Assembly: GCA_023151145.1 (NCBI GenBank)
Contig: JAKLJM010000003.1
Coordinates: 1 to 37,496, forward strand
Length of the DNA: 37,496 nucleotides
Source: Bacteriovoracaceae bacterium
GTDB lineage: Bacteria > Bdellovibrionota > Bacteriovoracia > Bacteriovoracales > Bacteriovoracaceae
Reading direction: 5' to 3'
Notes under the pieces: model-generated
Databases searched by the model: none
Told to the model about the DNA's origin: nothing
What the model saw: only the letters and a program-made list of their open reading frames with translations
Program-made: the position numbers and the translations under genes
Shown: one piece after another, positions 18,441-27,601 of the stretch
How the letters are laid out: every line of letters begins with the position of its first letter
Numbering within the stretch: position 1 is the stretch's first letter

Positions 18441-18507
18441 ATTTTCAACAGTGTTGTCTTTTTGTCTTAGGACTATTTCTGAATTGAAATTTTTGGTTGA
18501 TATTGAA

Positions 18508-18996
18508 TTAGCTCTGAAAAAATTTTTGAAAATAATCAGATCCATAATTAATAAATTTATTTTCAAAAATCATTTTTTGAATTTTATCTTGGCTAGCCCA
18601 GTTGATTTCACTCACATCTTCTGGGCAAATAATTGTTTCTGAAAGAGAAACATCCATCTGAGTTACATAAATGTCAGTGTGTTCATTTTTACCAAGTTCA
18701 GAAAATAGAAGTTGAGTTTTGTTAGGATTGATTTTTAGCCCGATTTCTTCACCTGTTTCTCTAATAATTGCTGTTAGGCTATCTTCTCCTGCATGTGCTG
18801 AATCACCTGTTGTTGCCCAAAAACCGGGCATCCAATTTAGGGTTTCTGATCTTCGTTGAATTAGATATTCATTTTTGGAATTGATGATCCATATGTGAAC
18901 GACTTAGTGAAATTCACCTTCACTTAATTTTTCAGATCGCTTTATCGTGCGACCTGTTTTGGTTCGATCTTTATTATAAATATCCCAAATTTCCAT
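18508..18996 (-). pseudogene. NUDIX hydrolase (IDI-like) with an in-frame TAA at codon 31
   Basis: MEIWDIYNKDRTKTG...GEFH*VVHIWIIN...LIQRRS...PGFW...GED..AIIRETGEEIG; stop at 18904-18906. Confidence 0.82.
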
Positions 18997-19023
18997 ATCG
19001 TTTTATGTTGAATTATACGCAAA

Positions 19024-19090
19024 AAAAAAGCCCCGCAATTGCGAGGCTTTCATTTTTAATTTTTTTTGATCAGAAAAAGTGGCGGGAGCG
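19024..19090. repeat. att direct repeat, island end distal to the tRNA: displaced tRNA-Asp 3' end plus terminator
   Basis: AAAAAAGCCCCGCAATTGCGAGGCTTTCATT...TTTTTGATCAGAAAAAGTGGCGGGAGCG, near-identical to 31691-31757. Confidence 0.92.
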
Positions 19091-19237
19091 GATTACGACG
19101 TACACGAGTTATCTAATTGAAATTAATGATAAAAAATCAAAAAATAGCCTTTGTTTAAAGATTAGTGCACCGGCTTTTTGGCTATAATTTTTTCACAAAC
19201 CGTGTTTAATGAGCTGAAAATAGGTTAGGATGCAGCT

Positions 19238-19504
19238 ATGACAGAAATAGAGAAAGCCTTTTTTGAAAACGAAGTACACCTTGCAAAGAGCTTTAGCCTT
19301 GAAAAGCTAGGTAGACAGCTTAATTATCTTGCAAGCTGTTCAAAGTCTTTTTCGAATCCTCCACCAGAAGCCATTCAAAAAAAAGCCAATACACTGTATT
19401 GGCATTTAGTAAAATTTGGATATCAAAACTCTCAGATTGAAAATACTTTAGTTTCATACGAATCAAGACAATTAATAAATGAGTTTATTCTTACCTATCA
19501 TTAG
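19238..19504 (+). CDS. Hypothetical protein
   Basis: AGGA RBS; 88 aa; convergent overlap with the HD gene. Confidence 0.5.
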   Translation: MTEIEKAFFENEVHLAKSFSLEKLGRQLNYLASCSKSFSNPPPEAIQKKANTLYWHLVKFGYQNSQIENTLVSYESRQLINEFILTYH

Positions 19505-21020
19505 TGCCGTTCGCCTTTTTATTTTCTTCTTCGTGTATATCTTGTAAGCTCACCTTTAGTTTTTCTAAGTCTTTTTCGAAAGCCTCATTTTTCCAGAATA
19601 TATTAGGCTTAAAGCTATGATTTTTTAAATTTTGACATACAATTGAATTTTTTTCCCAACTATAAATTTGATATTCTTTTTCTATCTTCGTAAACAACCA
19701 AACTAGCGAGCTATCTTTTATCATATCTCTCTTCTTGGTGTTCAGCGAAGTGTATTTTTTTTCATCGAGGATACTTGGTAAGATGACGCAACTTGGGAGG
19801 CCATAAATATTTTTAAAATTTGTATTATTTTTATAGTCTTCGTGGCGATTGAGAACTTTATTAATAAGTTTATTCGGGTCAAAGTTATTTGCTCCAAGTT
19901 CAGCAATAAATAAAAGATCATTGTTTCCTTTATGCCATTCAAGATAGTTTTGACTTGCTTTTTCTTTGCTTAGGTATGTTTTATAAACTTTAAATATTTC
20001 AGTTAATTCATGATTTAATTGCAATGCTTTTGGATGAAAAATGACTTGTGTGTAAACCTGATACAGACTAAAAAAAAAGCTATCAAGAATGTGATTGTGT
20101 TTGAAGTTTGCTACGAATCCACTTTTGTAGTTACTTCCCTTACTGAACAAACAGGGAAAAAGGGAGTCAGTAATTTTATAAACTTCAATAGCTCCAATAT
20201 TTACTCCAGCCATTTGAGAATCCCTTATTACGTAATCTAATCTGTCGGCATCAATAAAGCCACTGGTCAAAGAAATTAATAAGTTGATTGCTTGCTGAGT
20301 GCTTTTGGAATACTTTTTCACTTTATATTCCTCAAGCATGAAATGTTTAAACTCTTTACTTATAAGTGCAGACACTATTTCAAAATTGTCTTCACTGAAA
20401 TATGGATGCTTTCCTTTTAATTCAGAGAAAATGACACTTAAGTACACCAAGGTGATGTCTTCATGATCTACTCTGTCTATTTTTTTTATATTGTACCTAT
20501 CGTTTATATATGACGTAAGAATAAAATGTAGTTTTCCAGGGAAAAGGTTTGATGCATCCGAAACAAATTGATCAGCTGGAATGAATTTTGCGTCCTCAAG
20601 TAAGTGGGAAAAGGGGCCATGTCCAAGATCGTGTGTTAATGCTGCTAAACCTACAAGAAATTTCCATATAGTCTTATCTTCTTCAATAAATTTATAACAA
20701 TCACTGGTGTCTTTTAATGAAATTTCATATCCATCAGAGATCGTTGGATTATTAATTTTTGCCATATTTACAATAAAATCAGTCGCTGCACTTTTTGTAA
20801 TTAAATTATCAAACCAATTCAAAGCAAGATGACATACCCCTAAAGAGTGTTGAAATCGTGTATGGGTCATGCCAGGAAAAACTTGGTAACATATGCCATT
20901 TTGAACTATGAATTTTAGTCTTTGGAATAACTCATGATCAATTACAAGCTCTAGCGGATGATCGAAATACATATCTCCATGGATAATATCTCTAACTAGC
21001 AGTGGTTTATCAGCAGGCAT
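19491..21020 (-). CDS. HD-domain phosphohydrolase, SAMHD1/dNTP-triphosphohydrolase-like
   Basis: DIIHG, FQRLK..Q.G, HTRFQHSLG, HDLGHGPFSH, HE, DADRLDY..RDS. Confidence 0.9.
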   Translation of the reverse strand: MPADKPLLVRDIIHGDMYFDHPLELVIDHELFQRLKFIVQNGICYQVFPGMTHTRFQHSLGVCHLALNWFDNLITKSAATDFIVNMAKINNPTISDGYEISLKDTSDCYKFIEEDKTIWKFLVGLAALTHDLGHGPFSHLLEDAKFIPADQFVSDASNLFPGKLHFILTSYINDRYNIKKIDRVDHEDITLVYLSVIFSELKGKHPYFSEDNFEIVSALISKEFKHFMLEEYKVKKYSKSTQQAINLLISLTSGFIDADRLDYVIRDSQMAGVNIGAIEVYKITDSLFPCLFSKGSNYKSGFVANFKHNHILDSFFFSLYQVYTQVIFHPKALQLNHELTEIFKVYKTYLSKEKASQNYLEWHKGNNDLLFIAELGANNFDPNKLINKVLNRHEDYKNNTNFKNIYGLPSCVILPSILDEKKYTSLNTKKRDMIKDSSLVWLFTKIEKEYQIYSWEKNSIVCQNLKNHSFKPNIFWKNEAFEKDLEKLKVSLQDIHEEENKKANGTNDR

Positions 21021-21179
21021 TAGGTTTTCCTTGTTTTGTGTTGGTTTACTACTCTTCGAAAGTTAGCCAAAGTAACTTTAGTAAAATAATCAACTATATT
21101 CATTCCAACTGACCGAGATTTCGATAATAAATAAATCAAGAAAAGCTATAACATAAATATAGGACTAAATTTTTGATAA

Positions 21180-21212
21180 AATTGAATATATCAGTGACTG
21201 ATATATTCAATT
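21180..21212. repeat. Perfect 16-bp-arm palindrome
   Basis: AATTGAATATATCAGT-G-ACTGATATATTCAATT. Confidence 0.85.
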
Positions 21213-21267
21213 GAAATTAATCCGCATTTAGAATTTTTTGAAAAACTTTGGGCCTTTAATTCAAAAC

Positions 21268-22499
21268 TGACCTGACCCCATCGTTTAGTCCACTATCCAT
21301 GCAACAATTCCATTTTCTCACCTAATTCATATCTCGGAAGAATAGTTACCGGGGTTGGCGGTTTGTATCCTAACGAACTATGTGGTCGGTATTGGTTATA
21401 ATCTCTTCGCCAGTTTTCAATGACGACTTTAGCTTCATTCAAAGTATAAAAAATTTCGCCATTCAAAAGTTCATCTCTAAGTTTTCCATTGAAAGATTCA
21501 CAGTAACCATTTTCCCACGGGCTTCCTGGTTCGATATAAAGCGTTTTTACGTCGAGTTTGTAAAGCCAAGCGCGCAACTGTTTCGCTATAAACTCAGGGC
21601 CATTATCTGAGCGTATAAACGCTGGTGCTCCATGTGCTAGAAATAAATCAGCCAGTGTTTCAAGCACATCAAAGGAGTTCATTTTTCTTTTCACTCTTAT
21701 TGCCATACATTCTCGACTGTATTCATCTATTATATTCAACGTTTTAAATGCTCTTCCATCATGAGTTCGATCCATGACAAAATCATAAGACCAAACATGA
21801 TTTTTATAAATTGGCCGATGTCTTATCGCCGATCCATTATTCAAAAACAAATGCCCACGCTTTGGTTGTTTCTGAGGAACTTTTAGTCCTTCTAGTCGCC
21901 AAATTCTCTGGACTCGTTTATGGTTTACGCACCAGCCTTCACTGCGAAGTAATGCCGTTATTCTCCGATAACCGTAGCGACCAAATTTACTCGCAAGTGT
22001 GATAATTCTCTCACGGATAATTTCTTCGTCGTCACTCTTAATCTTTTCGTAGCGCTGAGTGGCCCGATGTATACCAATAACTAAGCAAGCTTTTCTTTCT
22101 GAGACATTAAACTTGCTTAGGACTAAATCAACGGCCTTTCGCTTTCTCTCAGCGCTTAAAAGTTTCCCTTATTCACTTCCTTTAAAATATCGTTATCCAA
22201 AGAAAGATCGGCTACTATCTTTTTTAGTCGGGCATTTTATTTTTTCGAGATCTTTTAGGCGCCTGGCCTGTTCTGAGTGCATCCCACCGTATTCTTTTTT
22301 CCAGCGATAATAGGTGTGCTTAGTTACTTGAAGTGTTTTGGCAACATCATCAATTGATTTTCCTTCAGCAAAAAGAATTTCTGCTTTACGAAGTTTGGCG
22401 ATGATTTGCTCCATTGAGTGCTTAATCCTGGGCATAGTTCCTCCTTTTTATAGAGGAATTGTAGCATAAAGCTTGGACTAGATTTTTGGGGGCAGGTCA
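21268..22499 (-). mobile_element. IS3-family insertion sequence (1232 bp), probably inactive
   Basis: Imperfect IRs TGACCTGACCCCATCGTTTAGTCCA / TGACCTGCCCCCAAAAATCTAGTCCA; orfA HTH, GGGAAAC junction, orfB DDE (WSYDF, SDNGPEF, ESFNG). Confidence 0.93.
21293..22435 (-). pseudogene. IS3 transposase OrfAB; orfB frame open from ~22168 to 21293, orfA carries an extra frameshift near 22240
   Basis: OrfA reads ..RLKDLEK, and the expected NARLKKIVADLSLDNDILKE continues in another frame. Confidence 0.82.
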
Positions 22500-22908
22500 T
22501 TCTTTAATAAGTAAAAATAATGCAAATATTTTTATTGTTTATTTAGTATTGTTTCCAATTGCTTTTGCATTAAAATATGGAATCAATAAGATGCGTGTCC
22601 AGTTAAATTTAAACTGTAATAACTTAGAAAATTTAAAAAGAATTAAGAGAGAAATAGAAAATAATTTTTTATATAAATTTTTTGAAGATTTTTGGTTTCA
22701 TCGTATCCATGGTACTATAATAGTGGGATTACTCTTTTTTATTCTGGGTAAAATCTCTAATTCTGACTCAAATACGGTTATGGAATTATCTCTTTTTTTA
22801 ATCCCCATGATTATAGCCGTAGGTACTAACTTATTTATTCCTTATTTTGAATTGGATATAATAAATATGACGTTGAAGCAATGCGAACAGAATAACAGCA
22901 ATATCTAA
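22500..22908 (+). pseudogene. Membrane protein fragment, probably 5'-truncated by the IS3
   Basis: The track ORF starts inside the IS inverted repeat; three hydrophobic segments. Confidence 0.5.
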
Positions 22909-22946
22909 GTAATCAGTCAGCCTTAGATGATCTTGGAAAATAAGAT

Positions 22947-24857
22947 ATGGCAAAAAGTAAATACACGATAAACGATATGCACAAGATTGCAAAATCTCAT
23001 AAAGGGGAGTGTCTATCTTCAACGTATGTCAATTCAACCACAAAACTTAGATGGAAGTGCAAGAACGGCCATGAGTGGGATCAAATACCTGGGCATATCT
23101 TAAGAGGTGTATGGTGCAGATTATGTTCATACAAAAACCTATCAGAATTAAAAAGAACCAGCATTGAAGAGATACAATTATTGGCAAAAAAATTTGGAGG
23201 AAAGTTCACTGATTCAACTTTTAACGGAATGGGACATTCGGTAACTTGGGAGTGTGCCGTTGGACATTCTTTTAAAAAATCTGCTCAGTCAGTTCAAAAT
23301 GGTCGCTGGTGCCCTTATTGTAATCAAAACATAGGCGAGTCGATAACTAGAGTTTTCTTTGAAACAACATTTGAAAAAGAATTTCCAAAAGTCCGCCCAG
23401 AATGGCTTAGAAATACAAACGGGGCAAAACTTGAACTCGACGGTTATTGTGAAGAGTTGCAAATAGCATTTGAGCATCAGGGAACTCAACATCACTCGTT
23501 TAAAGGAAGATTTTACAAAGAAACGAAAGAACTAAATCAGCGATTAGTGATTGATAAGTTGAAAAGAAAAATATGCAAACAACGTGGTGTTATTTTAATA
23601 GAAATACCAGAAATACCAACAAAGCTTAGAATTACAGATTTAGGGAAATATGTAGAAGATTGTTTAAGGGATAAAGGATTTGCAGTAAAAAATTATAACT
23701 TTACAAGGGATATTGATTACGCACTTGCCTATAGCGAAAACTCTTCAACGAAAATAGAAGAGTTAAAAAAGATAGCAATAAGTAAAAAGGGAAAACTTTT
23801 AAGTCGCCAATATTTAGGCAGTACAATCCCATTACAATGGCAATGTTCTGAAAGACATATATGGAAGTCTCCTCCTTCATATATAAAAAATGGTAATTGG
23901 TGTCCAGTGTGTGCCAGACATCATTTGACTATTGATGATGTTAAATTAATAGCTAAAAAAATGAATGGAACACTTTTAGATTCTATATACAATGGCATGG
24001 CCTATAAATATAAATGGCAATGTGAAAAAGGACATGTTTGGAAAGCGGTTGCATCTTCAGTTGCTCAAGGATCATGGTGTCCTCGATGTGCTTTAGATCG
24101 TAATGGTGAACAAAGAAGAACTCCGATTGAAAAAATTCTTAAAATAGTTTCTGAAAAAGGTGGCCAACTTGTTTCTGAAAATTATGGAAGAAGTTCGGAC
24201 AAATATATATGGGAATGTGCTAAAAAGCATAGATGGGTAACTACAGCCGAAGTAATATTGCGTGGAAGCTGGTGTTCAGAATGTTCAAAAACAAAAAAAT
24301 ATACTCTTGATGATATGATAATGGTTGCTAAAAAAATGAAAGGCCAATGTATTTCAAAAAAATACTCAGGGGTAAAGAGTAAACTTCATTGGCAATGTTC
24401 AGAAGGGCACAAGTGGAAAACTACACCTGATACTATTATCAATGGCGGTTCGTGGTGTCCTTTTTGTTCTACAATTTCTGGAAAAAGCAAATCTAAAGGA
24501 AATCTTGAAGAATATAAAAAGATTGCAGAAAGTCGAAATGGTAAATGCCTTTCAAATAAATATAATAATAGTAAGTCGAAATTAATTTTTGAATGCGGAC
24601 AACAACATCAATGGGAAGCTTTGCCTGGTCATATAAAGAAAGGGTCTTGGTGTCCTGTGTGTGCCAAGACGGCACCTTTAACTATAGATGAAATGCATAG
24701 TTTGGCTAAAAAAAAGCAAGGCGTTTGCTTGTCAAAGAAATATATAAATTCTACTACTAAGCTAAAATGGAAGTGCCGTTTAGGACATTCTTGGAGTGCT
24801 TCACCTGCAAAAATTAAGCTCGGTCAGTGGTGCCCTGTTTGTAGAGGTAAAAAATGA
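22947..24857 (+). CDS. Zn-ribbon repeat protein (8 x CxxxHx[WF]...WCxxC) with an embedded Vsr/PD-(D/E)xK-like endonuclease domain
   Basis: 2 repeats, then GE...LELDGYCEELQIAFEHQGTQH...DKLKR...LIEIP, then 6 repeats. Confidence 0.85.
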   Translation: MAKSKYTINDMHKIAKSHKGECLSSTYVNSTTKLRWKCKNGHEWDQIPGHILRGVWCRLCSYKNLSELKRTSIEEIQLLAKKFGGKFTDSTFNGMGHSVTWECAVGHSFKKSAQSVQNGRWCPYCNQNIGESITRVFFETTFEKEFPKVRPEWLRNTNGAKLELDGYCEELQIAFEHQGTQHHSFKGRFYKETKELNQRLVIDKLKRKICKQRGVILIEIPEIPTKLRITDLGKYVEDCLRDKGFAVKNYNFTRDIDYALAYSENSSTKIEELKKIAISKKGKLLSRQYLGSTIPLQWQCSERHIWKSPPSYIKNGNWCPVCARHHLTIDDVKLIAKKMNGTLLDSIYNGMAYKYKWQCEKGHVWKAVASSVAQGSWCPRCALDRNGEQRRTPIEKILKIVSEKGGQLVSENYGRSSDKYIWECAKKHRWVTTAEVILRGSWCSECSKTKKYTLDDMIMVAKKMKGQCISKKYSGVKSKLHWQCSEGHKWKTTPDTIINGGSWCPFCSTISGKSKSKGNLEEYKKIAESRNGKCLSNKYNNSKSKLIFECGQQHQWEALPGHIKKGSWCPVCAKTAPLTIDEMHSLAKKKQGVCLSKKYINSTTKLKWKCRLGHSWSASPAKIKLGQWCPVCRGKK

Positions 24858-25318
24858 ATATGAAAGAAAAAAACATTCCAATCAATATATCTGGAATTGC
24901 AGGTGAATACTTTGTAGCTGCAGAATTATCGCGTCTTGGTTTTATCGCCTCGTTAACATTAAAAAACACCCAAGGGATAGATATTTTAGTTTCAACAAGA
25001 GAAACAGATAAATCTTTTGCAATTCAAGTAAAGACAACTCAAGGAAAGAAGAAAGAGTGGATGTTGAATGAAAAGTCAGAAAATCTTAAAGGAAAGAATT
25101 TTTTGTATGTATTTGTACGCTTAAAAGAATTAGGTGAATTGCCAGAATTTCATATTGTTCCTAGCAAGATCGTAGCGAAGAATATAAAGGAAGATCATCA
25201 GAATTGGTTAAGTACTCTTGGCAAAAAAGGCCAAAAAAGAAATGACAGTAAAATGAGAAAATTTCGTGATTATGAGGATAAGTATTTAGGGAAGTGGGAT
25301 TTGTTATGTGTGAATTGA
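24854..25318 (+). CDS. Small PD-(D/E)xK nuclease
   Basis: GIAGEYFVAAEL, GIDILV, IQVKT; ATGA overlap with the upstream gene. Confidence 0.8.
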   Translation: MNMKEKNIPINISGIAGEYFVAAELSRLGFIASLTLKNTQGIDILVSTRETDKSFAIQVKTTQGKKKEWMLNEKSENLKGKNFLYVFVRLKELGELPEFHIVPSKIVAKNIKEDHQNWLSTLGKKGQKRNDSKMRKFRDYEDKYLGKWDLLCVN

Positions 25319-25839
25319 TATCTTATATAAAAGATTTTTCTCCACTTGTAACTGTTTTTGGTACACTTGCTACTTTTTATTTTGCGATAGATGGGTTTTT
25401 ATTCAGAAAGAAAACAGAGCTTGAGATGCAGGCAAAAATGATTACTGGTTGGCTCAATGATTCCTATGATACAGAAACAGGGATGAATGGCTGCTTATAT
25501 TCATATTGCTATATAAACAATGGATCAAATTCGCTTATATATAATGTAATAGCTCGAGTTGTAGGTATGGATAATCAAGAATTTTTTGACAAAAGTGAAG
25601 AGGTAAAATTTTATGTAGGAATCGGGATTTTACCGATGGGACAGAATAAATTTAGAATTGAGCATCCTGGTCATGGAATGTGTAAGCAGTTTAATATAGA
25701 GATTACATTTACAGACTCTTCAAATAATCACTGGATACGATTTGCAAATGGCAAGCTTCAAAAATTAAATGAAGAGCCTCTTGATTATTATGGAATTGGG
25801 AGACCGTTTATATGGAAAAAGAAACATTTGGAAATTTAA
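25306..25839 (+). CDS. Hypothetical protein with an N-terminal membrane anchor and beta-rich domain
   Basis: Hydrophobic LVTVFGTLATFYFAI; overlaps the upstream stop. Confidence 0.65.
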   Translation: MCELISYIKDFSPLVTVFGTLATFYFAIDGFLFRKKTELEMQAKMITGWLNDSYDTETGMNGCLYSYCYINNGSNSLIYNVIARVVGMDNQEFFDKSEEVKFYVGIGILPMGQNKFRIEHPGHGMCKQFNIEITFTDSSNNHWIRFANGKLQKLNEEPLDYYGIGRPFIWKKKHLEI

Positions 25840-25911
25840 CGCTGCAATAAATATTAACAGTCTTAACGTTTAAAGAGTACATTTTTATTATTTAACTAGC
25901 TGGAGATATGA

Positions 25912-27120
25912 TTGGGATCTTATTGTGATTTAAAAGTTAAGAATTTAGAGCTGCTATGGAACAAAAGTGATGTTATCGGAATGGATATTTTTCGTCCCGA
26001 GGATAAAAAGATAATTCTTCCAACAAATGAAGATGAGCATCTTGTTTGTAAGTATTCCACTCCTGTTTCGATAGCAATAGATCGCTTGACGGCAATGGGC
26101 TATAAGGCTGAAGATATAAAGATTGGGCAAAAAAAATATATTGATGAGCTGAAGGACACTTATCTAAGACTTAATGAAAATCCCGATCCCGAAGTTGTAA
26201 AGAGGATAAATGATTTCAGCTTTAATTCGTGGCAAGATACAATTCGTTTAATGTTAGCTGGACAAATGTCGAGCAAGAATCCTTTTGAACTTGAATATGA
26301 TATAAAAAATAACCTTGACATCATTTCTAATGGTTATATGGATCAGAGTTTCTTTGGGGTTAACGCTTCTTGCTTTTCGACAATCTTAGCAATTTTAGAA
26401 TTAATAGATGATAAACATAATACCTATGTGACATTAGATTATAGCGATTTAGTAGGTGGGGGATTTTTTGAAAAAGAGGATGAGCTGTGTCGTGACTCTG
26501 ACTTTGAAAAAACAGTAATTCTTACTGAAGGTATTACTGATAGACGCTTCATTGAAAGGAGTCTTAAAATTCTTTACCCACATTTGTTTGATTATTATTC
26601 ATTTTTAGATTTTCAAGAATTGAAGCTTGGAGGAAGTGCAAGTTCCTTGGTTTATACAATAAAAGCATTTTCAGCCGCAGGTATAAAGAACAGAATTGTT
26701 GCAGTCTTTGACAATGATACTGCTGCAATAGATGCGATGAGGCCTTTAAATCGTTTACCAATTGCAAAGAATATTAGGATTGTTACTTTACCGAGTTTGG
26801 AATTTTTAAATAATTATCCAACAATCGGACCTCAAGGACTTCACAATATAAACGTTAACGGTCTTGCTGGTAGTATAGAACTTTATTTTGAAGAGTCTTC
26901 TTTAAAAGATGAGAATCAGAAACTAATACCAGTTGTTTGGAAGGGATTTAATGAGTCTGAACAAAAGTACCAAGGTGAAATTTCAAAAAAGTGCATCGTA
27001 CATTCTCAATTCGAGGATATTTTGAGTAAAGTTGAAGCAGGAGAAAGTATTTCAAATTATAATTTTGATTCAATGAAAAAGGTTTTTGAAACGATTTTTG
27101 GTTTTAAGCCAATTTGTTAA
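25912..27120 (+). CDS. HEPN/Toprim-associated N-terminal domain fused to an OLD-like Toprim domain
   Basis: MGSY..L..WNKS..IFRPED, DRL..MGY, LDYSDLV.GG; Toprim ILTEGITD and VFDND; GGAG RBS. Confidence 0.78.
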   Translation: MGSYCDLKVKNLELLWNKSDVIGMDIFRPEDKKIILPTNEDEHLVCKYSTPVSIAIDRLTAMGYKAEDIKIGQKKYIDELKDTYLRLNENPDPEVVKRINDFSFNSWQDTIRLMLAGQMSSKNPFELEYDIKNNLDIISNGYMDQSFFGVNASCFSTILAILELIDDKHNTYVTLDYSDLVGGGFFEKEDELCRDSDFEKTVILTEGITDRRFIERSLKILYPHLFDYYSFLDFQELKLGGSASSLVYTIKAFSAAGIKNRIVAVFDNDTAAIDAMRPLNRLPIAKNIRIVTLPSLEFLNNYPTIGPQGLHNINVNGLAGSIELYFEESSLKDENQKLIPVVWKGFNESEQKYQGEISKKCIVHSQFEDILSKVEAGESISNYNFDSMKKVFETIFGFKPIC

Positions 27121-27159
27121 TTATAATAATTCTAATTCATTTTTGTAATTTTTTTAAAA

Positions 27160-27519
27160 TTAGGCACTTTTTAAAGAGACTAAAAATGATTCAAATAAAG
27201 ATTCTGCATCAGTTGGCCAAATTAATGTATCTTTTGCAGGTTGGGACATTTTATCTAGAACAATTTGAACTGAAGGTCTATTAGGATCAAATCCAGGCTC
27301 ATTTATAATTTGCTCACCTAAAAAATTTGAAAGATTTACAAAAAAAGCGAACTTATTATCAAAGTCAGAGTCATTAATTCTTCTATTCTTCCACCAACTA
27401 GGGTGAATTCTATATCTACCTGCAAAGTCACTGTCTGCAAAATAACAAACATTATACTCTAAAATAATCCAAGACATTTCTATTTGATATTTTTTTAAAA
27501 GTTCAATTTGTTCATTCAT
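27160..27519 (-). CDS. Stand-alone protein resembling domain Ia of NAD+-dependent DNA ligase
   Basis: WIILEYNVCYF...INDSDFD resembles H..YY...ISD.EYD; resemblance only. Confidence 0.5.
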   Translation of the reverse strand: MNEQIELLKKYQIEMSWIILEYNVCYFADSDFAGRYRIHPSWWKNRRINDSDFDNKFAFFVNLSNFLGEQIINEPGFDPNRPSVQIVLDKMSQPAKDTLIWPTDAESLFESFLVSLKSA

Positions 27520-27526
27520 ACCCTTC

Positions 27527-27553
27527 TTATCGGCTCCAATAAAAAATACCTAA
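27527..27553 (-). promoter_or_regulatory. sigma28-like promoter
   Basis: TTAG-N15-GCCGATAA, ending 7 nt before the ATG. Confidence 0.6.
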
Positions 27554-27601
27554 ACATTTTTATCGGAGTTGACGAATAGTTTATAAATTAGAGGTACTTA
27601 G

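Larger units (their letters stand above)
17781..18446. repeat. Two tandem ~295-bp homologous modules (about 17781-18075 and 18152-18446), offset ~371 bp
   Basis: Identical terminators AAAAAAGGGGAGAATTTCTTCTCCCCCC, shared GCATCCTTGCCTCC, AGGAGCTC and ACCCCTCTTAyCACGAGGGGTTTTTT blocks. Confidence 0.92.

Noticed and set aside
17781-18446. CRISPR array, REP or MITE interpretation of the repeats
   Set aside because: Only two long units, with homologous interiors, no unique spacers, no cas genes and no terminal inverted repeats or target duplications
18904-18906. Stop-codon recoding
   Set aside because: TAA, TAG and TGA all terminate normal genes in the window
19080-19090. Second tRNA gene
   Set aside because: Only 11 nt of the 3' end; no cloverleaf
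19005-19187. 60-aa ORF
   Set aside because: Read-through of the att terminator and antisense tRNA 3' end; no RBS
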